Source: Geosiphon pyriformis uo1
Lineage: Eukaryota > Fungi > Glomeromycota
DNA length: 64,000 nucleotides
NCBI GenBank assembly: GCA_016748015.1
Contig: JAAOMT010000040.1
Span: forward strand, 124,001-188,000
Direction: 5' to 3'
Shown here: positions 28,702-39,900 of the stretch, piece after piece
Position numbering within the stretch: position 1 is the stretch's first letter
Layout of the letters: every line of letters begins with the position of its first letter
Notes under the pieces: generated by a model
Seen by the model: only the letters and a program-made list of their open reading frames with translations
Database searches by the model: none
Told to the model about the DNA's origin: nothing
Program-made: the position numbers and the translations under genes

Positions 28702-28919
28702 TAATTTTTGGGATATTTGTTGAATATTTCGGGGAATAATTATGATAAAATTGACTAATTATAAAAAGAGAGAATAAAAAAAATGATTTTTGGATATGGG
28801 GTTTTTATTTGTTTTTGGGTTTGGGTGTTTTGTAATTATTTACTATTTTTGTCTTTGTGTTTTTATTAAAGAATTATTGTAAAATTTAAGTGTTCAAGTT
28901 TGGTTGTTGTTCTATTATA

Positions 28920-30270
28920 ATTATTGGTTCTAAATTTCGGGGAATATCTTTAGGATTAATTAAAGGGGAATGTGTACCAATTTGTGGAATTAATGGTTCA
29001 GAATTGTTTCTGGAATAATAGTATTTCAATCTGTCTCCATGTGCAACTTTTGTTAATATTTTGTTATCAAGTCTTAACTTGTATGATCTATTGCCTAGAA
29101 TTTCGTAAATATAAAATGGTTCATCCCATTTGTTTTCAAATTTTTCACTCCATTGTTTTTCAGCCTTAGTTCTGTGTAAGAGAACTTTATTTCTAACTTT
29201 AAATTTGTTGATAATAGATGGTAATTTGTTGTCATGTCTTTCTTTTTGTTAAGCTTGGAAATGTTCAATATGAGTTGCTGCTATTCTTCTTTTTTCTTCC
29301 AGTGTACTAAGAAGAGTGTAGGCTCTTCTTTGGAGTGTCTCTTGAAAGTTTTCTTCATTGATTGGTTGCACTAGATATGTTTCCACTGTGAAATTAATTG
29401 GTAATATTGCTGTCCTTCCATAAGTAAGATCAAATGGTGTATGTTTCATAGTATCTTGTTTTAGTGTTCTGTATGCTAGTAACACTGATGGAATAAAGAT
29501 ATCCCATTCCTGCTCAAAGTCTGTTGAGACTTTGGTTAGAGATTCACACAATGTTCTGTTGAAACGTTCTACAAGTCTATTTGTTTAAGGGTGATAAGGT
29601 GATAATAAAGGTCTTTTGACATTGAACCATTCACAAATTTCTTGTATCAAGTTGTTCACAAAATGTGTTCCTTGATCAGATAAGAGTTCAATTGGGCATC
29701 CATGTCTACAGATAATGTCTTTATAGATGAAATTTGCTATTGATTTTGCATCTGCTTTTTGGATAGCTCTAGCTTCAGGCCATTTGGTAAGATAATTCAC
29801 TGCAACTGCAATATAACAATTTTCTTGGGTTGTGATAGGTAATGGTCCGACTAGATCAATTCCAACTCTGTCAAAAGGTTGTCCAACTTTGATTGGATTT
29901 AAAAGTTCTGTGGGGCGAGTTCCTTCTCTTCTTTGACAATTATTACAAGATTCTATATATTGTCGAATGTCTTTTTGCATGTGAGGCCAAAAATAATGTT
30001 CAAGAGTTCTTTGAATTGTTCCCTCTTTTCCCAAGTGTGCTGAAGATGAATCTGTGTGCATGTTGTATAAAATTGTTTTTTTTTCATTCTCTTGTACTAA
30101 TTTGAGTGGCTGGTTTGGTTTTCTGTGATTTTTATAATAGATTTTGTTCTGGTGTATGAAATATTGTTTTGATTGGTGTTGTAAGTGGTGTTTTTCACTT
30201 GGAGACCAGTTTTCTGGCATGGTAAGAGTCTCCAAATAATTTTTAAGATTGCTATAGTTTCTGGGATCTA
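28920..30270 (-). pseudogene. Gypsy integrase
   Basis: Zn-binding H..H..C..C (MHTD..AHLG..YFWP..CNNCQ), catalytic core (VGIDLVGP, LSDQGTHF, VERFN) and a GPF-like WDEPFYI. Confidence 0.92.
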
Positions 30271-30339
30271 TTTTTGTTTGGTTATTTTGTTGGTAAGTTG
30301 GTAAGTTGTGGTGGAATTGTTGTTGGTATTAATCTTGTC

Positions 30340-31700
30340 TCATTCTTGAAAGGCTATCAACATTGGTATGTAGTTTTCCTAGTTTGTGGTGTACAATATA
30401 TCTGTAGTCTGCTAGGAAGTTATTCCATCAAGACTGTTTGGCACTTTGTTTAGTTTTCTTTTTATTGAGCCATTTGAGACCAATGTTGTCCGTTATTATG
30501 TCAAATTCTTTTTCATTCTTCAGATATTGTTGAAAATGTTTAAGAGCCCAAATAATTGCAGCAGCTTCTAATTCAGTTGAGCCATATTTGAGTTCTGTTG
30601 GCTTGAGTGTTCTGCTGGCATAGGCAATAACTTGTTCTTGGCCATTTTCATCTAATTGTGATAAGATAGCACCAAATGCTATGTGTGAAGCATCAGTGGC
30701 TAATTGAAATCGTTTGTTGAAGTCTGGGTAAGCAAAAACTGGGGCTGTTGTCAATTTTGTTTTGAGAATTTCAAAAGCTTTTTGTTGTTTTTCAGTCCAT
30801 TTGTATGGTACGTTTTTGTTGGTAAGATAATTGAGTGGTTTGGCAATTTCTGAAAATCCTTTTATGAATTTTCAATAGTAAGAGACTAATTCCACAAATC
30901 CTCTTAGTTCTGTAGTATTTCTGGGGGTTTGAAAGTTTTTGACAGCACTGATTGTTTCTGGATTTGGTTTGATTCCATCTTTACTAACTATGTGTCCAAA
31001 AAAGATCAAGCTTGTTTTTCCAAAGTGACATTTCTCAATATTTAACTTTAATTCTGCTTTCCATAATTGTTGAAAAACTTCTCACAGGTAAATGAGATGG
31101 GCTTCAAAGCTTGGTGAGTATATATCAGTATCATCAAGATAAACAACTATTGATTGCCACAAGAGCTCTTCATAGACAACATCCATAAGTTGCTGAAATG
31201 TTGCTGGTGCATTGCAGAGTCCAAAAAGCATAACATTAAACTCATAATTTCCTCTTTGAGTGGTAAATGCTGTTTTGGATCTATCTTTTGGATCCATTTC
31301 GACTTGTCAGTATCCACTTTCCAGGTCTAGAGTTGAAAAGAACTTGGCTTTTCCTAGAGCATCTAGCATGTCATCAATTCTTGGAAGAGGGTAGGCATCT
31401 CCAATTATAACACTATTCAGTTGTCTTAATCAACACAGAATCTGATTTTTCCGTTTTCTTTTTAACTAAAACTACTGGTGAGGCCCAAAAACTTCTTAAT
31501 GGTTGAATCAATCCGTTATTGAACATTCTTTGGACCTCTTCTCTGATGAATTGGTGACTGGCAGGTGGCACTCAATAAGCTTGTTGATGTTTTGGTAGAG
31601 CATCTTCTGTATGGATTTGATGTTAAACAATGTCTGTTTTTCCCAAGTTATTGTTGTCTTTTGCAAATATATCTGCAAATTCAGCTATCAATTGTTTCAA
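30340..31700 (-). pseudogene. Gypsy reverse transcriptase and RNase H
   Basis: LPRIDD, KTAFTT, FGLCNAPATFQ, VYLDD; then ATDAS, IAYASR, ELE, IITD. Stops and at least one frameshift. Confidence 0.93.
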
Positions 31701-32169
31701 TTGTTTTTGTTGTTGAGGTTCTAAGGGATCCATATTGATTCGAGAGAGTTTTTCTTCCAACAAGTGGTAGTTTTCAGTAGTGGGAATGATATTTGGATTT
31801 GGGAGTAGAGTGTGCTTTACAATTTCGATGAAATTAGAGACAATTTGAGGGTTTTCATCTTGAAAGATATTGCTGTGTATGATTCCAATTTCTAATTTGT
31901 TTAATAAAACAATAGGGTAATTATTGGGGTTGTAGAATGTAACTCAAAATTTTTTCATTCCTTTGGGAATATAAACATTTGGAATTGATATTTCATGCTT
32001 CAAACAGATTTGTTCATTGGATTCAAAGATTTGTTGTGTAGTGGTGGATTTTGAGCAAATGTAAATTTTGTGATGTTCTTCAAAAGATAAAATGGTAATT
32101 GGCTGGAGAAGTTGAAGAATCTGGTGAGATTCATTTTGTGTATTAAGAACTATGTTTATTGGGACTGTA

Positions 32170-32600
32170 AATCGTCCAGTTGAACCAAAACCTTGAGTTC
32201 CTCTTTCACTTTTTCCCAATTGTTCTCTGTTGTTTACTGATTGTAAATCCGAAATGTTGATTAAGGGTAAGTAAATTGCTTGAGCAATTTTTTCAGCATG
32301 TTCAATTTTGAATGGTTTGTCTGTCTTATTCTGTAACATGATGGTAATGTCTCCAGTGTATCCTGCATCTATAACTCCTTCTCTAATATTGATTCCTTTG
32401 CTTGCCAATGATGATCTGGAGGCAATTTGAACCATTGTTTCTGGTGGAATTTCGAGAGCAATTTTTAGATTGATTTTTGTCAAAGACTTTGGTTGGAGAA
32501 TTAAAGTATCTTTTCCTGGGTATCTCAAGTCATATCCAGCATCAATTTCGTGTACTTTTTTTGGTCTGATTCCTTGGCCATGGTTGTCAAAATATTTAAG
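32170..32600 (-). pseudogene. dut: Trimeric dUTPase domain, in frame between protease and RT
   Basis: All five motifs are recognisable: DAGYDL, SRSS, GVIDAGYTG, KIAQ, RGTQGFGSTG. Confidence 0.92.
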
Positions 32601-33518
32601 TTGTAGAGATGGTTGCTTTTCAAGAAAATAGATGGGAGTGGTTGGTAGTTCTTCTACTTGTTCAGATACTCCAAATTTGATTTCATTTTCATCATTCTCA
32701 TCTGGCAGAGGAATGCTAAAAGCATAACATTCTAAACACCATTGGTTATCACAAGACATAACACATTCTTCACACAATTGAATGTTCATTTGCTCTAATT
32801 ATTGAATTTGAGCTTCTTTGGTCAGATATGTGTGGCTTGCAATTTGGTGGTAGGTTTCTACTTCATCTTCATAATCAAATCCAGCTAATTTCATAGTATA
32901 CTCAATATATTCAGCTTCTTTCATTTGGTGGACATCTTCTTGGGTGGCTCCATTGATCAATGCCATTGCTAGGTCAAAAATCATTTTAGCATCATGAGGA
33001 TAGTGGTAAAGTTTATTGAAAGCACTGTTGTATGCTGCATCAAATGGTGTTCCTCTTCTGACTTTTTTCGAAATTAATAGAGCATATTAACAGGTTTGAT
33101 CACATACTCCTCCTCTCATTGCTACATCAATCCAATTGCATTCTTCTGGTAGCATTTCTCTACATGTAAGACAAGATGTGTTGTCTCATTTTCCACTTTT
33201 TTTTGGAGATCCAAATCGTTTTCTATGGCATGCTTTGCAAAAGTAACAGGTACGAGTTTCATATTCCTCTTCTGAAGAAATACATGCTCCCATTGATGAA
33301 AGTTTTTTGTTGCAATTTTTGCATTTGAGTAGAATATAGGGTGGTTGTTTCTGTGGTTCTGGTGTAGAATATTTAACTTTCTTCTATCTCCTTGATTCTT
33401 CAAAAATCTCTTGTTTGGTTTCTTCAGCCCAATTGGATATTGATCCAAGAGCCATGTAGGTTTCAGTAAGTGGCATTTCTTTCTCCTCTTCAAATTCAAA
33501 TACTGGAGCTTTTTCTGA

Positions 33519-35948
33519 TCATTTGTTAAAGGTACCACAGGTTGCAGATACTATGGTATATTGTTCTTGGTATGAGATTTTAAGTTCTTGAGTTTTCCAG
33601 TTCAGGTTTGCATTGGCCTTGAGAAGCCAATCATTTCCGATTAGAGCTTGGTATTGAGGTGCATCCATAACAAGAACTTTAACTGGAATGGTAATTCCAT
33701 TAATTGAAAAAGAGAAATCATCAATTTTTCCTACTAGAGTCTTCTTCATACCATCAGCTGTGACAATAACTGTTTGAGCTGGTCTGTCTACATTTTGTTT
33801 GAGTTGTTGTATCAGCTGGTAAGTGATAATACTTCCAGCTGATCCACTATCTAAAATTAAGCAAATGAGTTTTCCTTCTACTGTAGCTTCTGTGTACATA
33901 GCAGTAATTGCTTTCTGTTCATTGACTGCTGCATTACTAAGCAGAAATAGTGATTCATTTGCTTCAAATTCAAATGGAAATATATCTAACAGATTAGCAT
34001 TTTGGGCAATTTGAGCTGGTGGAATGGTGTGGTTGGAAGGGTTTGATCTTAGTGTTGTAACTTCATCTTCAGAAAGTGCAGTTTGTTGAAAATTCGATTC
34101 CTTTGGTATTGTAAGATAACTGGGTTGAGTGTGATAGTGATTGGGTCTTTGCTGACCCGAATTTCGGGGAACTAACTGGTTATTTGGATTGATTCTGTTG
34201 TGGTTATTCTGCAATTGATTTTGGGGTGTGAATTGGTTATGTTGAACCAATCTTCTTGCTGGTACTTGATATTGTTGAATGGGTGGTGTCTGATATGGCT
34301 GAATTGGTAAAGGTTGCTGATATTGTTGCTGTATTGATTGTGGAGCTAGTGAATAGTAGTTTTGATTTTGTGGTCTTGGTGAATAATAGGTTGGTGGTAA
34401 AGATTAATAATAGGATTGTTGTGGTGAAGAGTAATATTGATTACTCCTGTTTTGTTGGTCTCTTTGTAATTTCCTACAATCTCGTTTCCAGTGTCCTGGA
34501 ATTCCACAATAATGACAATTTTGAGATTGGTTGTTGGATGGTAATCCAAAATTGTTTTGGTTGCATTGTTGTGGTAGTTGATATCTTTGTGGTTGTTGCT
34601 ACTGTTGTTGTTGGTTTATAAAATAGCTTTCAACTTTTCTTGTGAGTTGGTCTATCTTTTCTTCAGCTGCTGAGCTGGTTTCTCCAATTGCAAGGTTTAC
34701 AAGCTTGGTGTGATTTGCTTCTTCCATTGCCATTTCATAGCTCTTTGCATGTCTAATAGCAGTTGCTAAGTCTGCTAGAGCATGTGGACGGACTTTTTTA
34801 ATCAGTTTGTCTTTTAACTCTGCTATAAACTAATCCAGAATTTGAGCATCAGAATAGTAGTCATTGGTTTTTAATTGTCAGATTTGTCTGAGAAGTTTGT
34901 TAAATCTTCCAAGATAAGTCATAACAGATTCAGATGTTTCTTGTTTGATATTGTAAAAGTGGTTTCTGAGAGTAATAGAGGTATTGTTGTCGGTGAATTG
35001 TTGTAGAAAAGCATCTTTGAATGCTTGCCAGTTTTCAAATGGTTCTTCTAAATTTTCAAACCATTCTCTTGCTGTTCCTTGAAGAAAGTAGGGAATTGCT
35101 TTGAGCATTTTTGCTGCAATCCAACCATTTGCATCTCCTGCTTTTTGAACCTTGTCAAGCCATTCTTGAAGACTGGTATCATTGTCTTCATCAGTGAATT
35201 CTGGGATTTTTGCAATGTAAGCAGTTGCCATTTCTTCTTTGTTTTCTGTAATTTCTTCTGGTTCTGATTCAGTTTCTTTACTTTCTAAGCTTTCTGAGTG
35301 ATTACTTTCGTTTTCCTGTAAGTAATCAATGATATTGGCACTTGTTAATATTGGTTTCTGCTGTTGAATAGGATTTCTAGATGACTGAAAATCTTTTGGT
35401 CTGGAGAAACGGCTAAGTGGTGAACTTGGTGTTTGTGGTTGAACAAGTGAAATTGGAAATAGTGTAATAGAAAGTGGTAATTTGACACTGGTTCCTTGTT
35501 CAGGTGTTTGCAAGTGTTTGGCAGTTGTTTTTTGTAGTGTTGGAGTGTTTGGAGTGGTTCTTGAGTATTGCTTCAATCTTTGTTTGCCTTTGTTGCTTGT
35601 TTCTGTCTCTGATTCAAAGTCAAAAGAGTATTTAGACTGTACTGGGTATTTTTCTTCACAATACTCAATAATGTTAAAATTAAGTTCTTGGAAGTAGGTA
35701 GCAAGTGTTTCACTGTTCAGGTCTTCTGTTTCCAATTGTGAATAGTGCACTAAATTATTGTAGAGGTTGCTTCTAACTTCTGAAATGTTGTAGTTTCCAA
35801 AAAGATAATTGTTGATGCAGTTTTCAATATATTGGTATACTGATTTCTTTACAACTTCAATTCCGTCTGGAATGTTGAATCTTTGCTTGCAGTGGGTGTA
35901 AATTGACTGATAATACTCTAGAGTTGCTGTGTTTGGTGTGATCGCCAC
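33519..35948 (-). pseudogene. Gypsy gag (capsid-like plus zinc knuckle) and aspartic protease, same frame
   Basis: IPEF..WL..ANGW..L.G.A..WF..W..FK..F..F; CHYCGIPGHWKRDC at ~34480-34520; LILDSGS and LIGNDWL. Starts 35948, 34250 and 32789 are in one frame. Confidence 0.9.
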
Positions 35949-35975
35949 TTTGAATTTGTTGTTGCTGTGTTATTT

Positions 35976-35991
35976 CCGTGAGAGAGCACCA
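35976..35991 (-). promoter_or_regulatory. Primer binding site TGGTGCTCTCTCACGG
   Basis: TGG begins 2 nt after the 5' LTR. Cognate tRNA not determined. Confidence 0.8.
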
Positions 35992-35993
35992 AA

Positions 35994-36963
35994 TGTTACC
36001 AGAGGTTTTTGGTCTCTTTTTTTAAATGTTGGTAATGTTGATTTGCTGTGAATTCACGTTTTCAGAAAGTAGTTGAACCTCCAATAACTGAATTTATCTT
36101 CAAATTATCTCCTATAATTTGAACTGCTGGGCTTATAAGTGGAATGGCCAATTTCTTACCAGTTACTTTATATAGTTATGTTGTAGTAAATGTCAACTCT
36201 TTCCCAGGAATTGCTCATCTGGAAGCTCACTAAAATGTATAGTTACTTTGCTGTGAAAGTCAACTCTTTTACAGGAATCTTGTCTGTAGGCTACCCTAAT
36301 GATTGTAATAAGAAAAAAAAATAAAAATAAAAAAAATGTAAAAGAAATAGAATTTTGTCAAGAGAAACGTTTTCTATCCAGGCCTGGAGTCACTAACAGT
36401 TTACTGAAATTGGTAGCTAATCAATTTCGAAATATTAGTTGGGTTTTGGAGATTTTCCAAGTGCAATAATTAAAAAATTTGGTTTTTCAAATTATTTGAT
36501 ATTTATTTCTTTTTGTGTGTATAGGAATGGTTCTAAGTGATAAATCTAAAGTAAAATACATTTTCCAGAAGAGAAAAGCTCTTCTTTTATACAACTTGTT
36601 GTAGTACTAGTCTATGAACTTGCACTTTTTCTTTTTGCTCAAATTTTGGTGAACCAAAGATACATTTTGATGAACTACAAGTTATTTCGCTGAATTATTG
36701 ATTAATTTGGGTGAACTATTCATAATTTCGGCGAATTTCTGTAAATTTCGGCGAATTTTTGAATGTTACAAAGTTCAGGGTATTGTGTAATTTGATCATC
36801 CTACTTTCTGTTATACTAATTAGATTATTTTAATTGAATTGTAATATGTGATAATTGATTAGATAATAAATGATAATTTGAAATGATATTAATATACTAA
36901 TGAATTATAGGAATTATAAGGGTAATTTCATGCTAATTAATAGCTAAAATTCTACTGGTAACA
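35994..36963 (-). repeat. 5' LTR (970 bp)
   Basis: TGTTACCAG...CTGGTAACA 9-bp inverted termini. Confidence 0.96.
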
Positions 36964-39900
36964 CCAAGAGTCTGTTAGTGAAACTGGCAGCCATGTGCAA
37001 GTTAAAGTGCCAAACCAAAGATAAATGGAACCAGTCAACCTCAGAAAGCAAACTGCCTGCCAAAAATCTGGAACCAGAACCAACCTTCCAGCATGCATAA
37101 CAAACCAAACAATAAATATCATGGACAAAATGTCTGGAATTGCCAGAAACCACACCATTATCAGCTATTATAAAGTGTTCATCCAAGCAAAGAGGAAGAT
37201 ACCAATTAGAAAGAGAAGTAACACCAGCAATTGCATCAGTGCACTCATTTCCTGAAACACCAGAATGGCCTTTAACCTTATGCCAGCTAACTTTTAAATT
37301 TTTACTGTGAATAATATTGGCAATATGACAACATTTGGCCCAACACTAATTATAAAAGTCAAAACACACCAGACCCAATTCTGACTTACAAGCATTCAGA
37401 GCAGATTGACTATCTGAAAACAAATTAACAAAGCACAGAGAGGGGACACTTTCCAGAGCCAATGCAATAGCCTGCAACTTTGTCAAAGTGGACAATATTA
37501 AACCTGACACACCAACACTCAAATCCAAATTAATGTTCTTGAAAAAGACAGCAGTGTCAGTTTTACAGCCAACTGAGCCCAGATTACTAAGAAACCCATC
37601 TGTATATACTGACAAACTGTCAGCACCAACCTGCAAGAAACAATCACAAACAGAAACAAAATCATGAGATTCAAAAATATTCAAAGAACCAACACTATAC
37701 AAAACTGAAGGGCAAGTAGAAGATAGACTTCTACTATTTAGAAACACAACAAAAAGCTTGAACCACTCAAGAATAGGACCACGGAGATCCAATTTTCTCC
37801 AATACTTGAAAGTGTACCAATCAAAAACAAAACCATGATGATCATGAAGTTGATTCACAAAAGCAATACTATATCATCGAAGAGAAGGAAAAAACCTAAA
37901 AAACTATAACTCGCCCAGAACAACAGACATAGAGATTCCACCACAGAACTGAAAGAGATTGGCCAAAGAGCTACTCAGAGACAAATTGCAATCAAGAAGA
38001 ATGTGAATCATGTCTGCCAGAAAGTTATCAGAAGCACTGACATGAATACGCACAGAAAAACTCAACAGATGAACAGGGTGCCAGCACAGAACTTGTAAGT
38101 CATGAGATCTGTAAGAGAACAAATGACTCAGGATGTCACCAGAATTTGCAAAACTAATGAGAGAGGCTATCTTGCTCTCAGACTGAATCTAAACAAAAAA
38201 CTTCAAACCATAAAAGGAAGGGTGATGGATAATATCACTAGGAAAATTAAGAGGTAGGCCAGATTTGAACTTCAAGCTCTTATAAATCAAAGCATCTTAC
38301 TTGTTGTACATACCAATGAGAACAAAGCTGAATTGCATTCTATAACTAACTATAGGATGAAGAATTGTTGATACTAAATATAAGAACTGCTTATCTGAAA
38401 CAGCTTTTTTCAAAACCAGATTGGTAAAAAAACAAACATCTGAATGTGCCTTTGCCAAACTAGGCTTTAAGAGACCTTTAGTTGAAAAAAAAATACCCAA
38501 GTATTAATGAGATTCACTCTTTTTGGCAATGGAGATTGATGAGCCACTGATGGAAAGAGAAGGAATGCTGACTCTGCTATTGATGAGAATGGCCACTGTT
38601 TTGTTGTTATTAATAGAAATATCATTTATCCAAAAAAATTCACTTGCAATATTAAAAATATGTTGAATAACTGCCTGACTACAGCCAACCCAAATTGTAT
38701 CATCGATGAAAGTGCCAGCAGCAAAAAAAGAAGAAAGCCCAGCCCGGGACTCAGCATGACTATTTCTTGAAATAAAATAGAAACTTAACCTATAACTACA
38801 TATGCTTTCCTGTCTCTTAACTTCACATAGCAGAAGATCATAAAATATATGCCACAAAAGAGAAAAAAAGACCTCCTTTTGGTTCAAATTATCATGTACA
38901 CAATAACCATCTGTTAATCCAAAATCTGACATCATCCTGTTGGTATGATCTCTATAAATACCACTGAAAAACCAAATGAACCTGCCGCACATCTTGATCC
39001 TGACCAAACTTTTCTCAAGATGTTCTCAATTGACTGAATCATATGCTTTCCACATATCCTGCAAGACCAATCAGAGCTCCTGATTCTTTTTCAATGCATC
39101 TTTAACTACTAAACCAACTGCAAAAATAAGAGACTGAGTCATTATGCCTTTTAAAACTGAAAAATTGTCCCTACAAAGAACACTAAAAGTGCTGCATGCC
39201 AAAGAAATCTTATTAGAGAGTATCTTGGAAAGGATCTTACAAGCTGTCTTAATCAAAGCAATAGGGTGAGTATTCATGAAAACATCTTCCCACTCATATG
39301 GTTTAAGAATTATCGAGACCCAAGCCTTCTTCCAAGATTTGAGCACCAATTTGTAAGAAAGACACAAGTTCAAAAGTACTAAAAGCATATTCAAAATTGA
39401 CTTGTCATAATGTTTCTAAAGCTCGTTTGTGATACCCAAAAGACCAGCAGCTTTGCCATCAGGCAGATTAGAAACCACATCAAGCAACTCACTAAACTCA
39501 ATTGAATGCATTACACCAGAAAAGGCCTCATCAAAAACATAATCTAATGGCCAATATTGACAAAACCAAACATTAGAGACATTAGCAACCACACCACACT
39601 TCCTGGTCTATCCTTCCATAATAATGTCCACCTTAGATTTAACTGAATTGGGCTCCAAAATAAGTTTGTTATCAACAACCAGATGGTCCAGAACTGCTTT
39701 ACGGAAAGGACACTCCAGAACACTCCTAATAATATGACTCTTATTCATCTCAAAGCTTTCTATCCTCCTATCTATAGCAGATCTAATGTTTGCTTTCTTA
39801 GCTGCCAGAGATTCAGCAAGCTTGGACGCACAATATAATTTTCTTATGCCAGAGAGAGCAAAATAAACATGATTAGAGTTTGCATCAGAGTTAATAAAAT

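Larger units (their letters stand above)
27088..36963 (-). mobile_element. Full-length Ty3/Gypsy LTR retrotransposon (9876 bp) encoding a dUTPase
   Basis: Paired LTRs, PBS and PPT. Domain order gag, CCHC, PR, (Cys-rich insert), dUTPase, RT, RNase H, IN, then an extra 3' ORF. Mutated 4-bp TSD ctga/ccaa. Confidence 0.96.
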
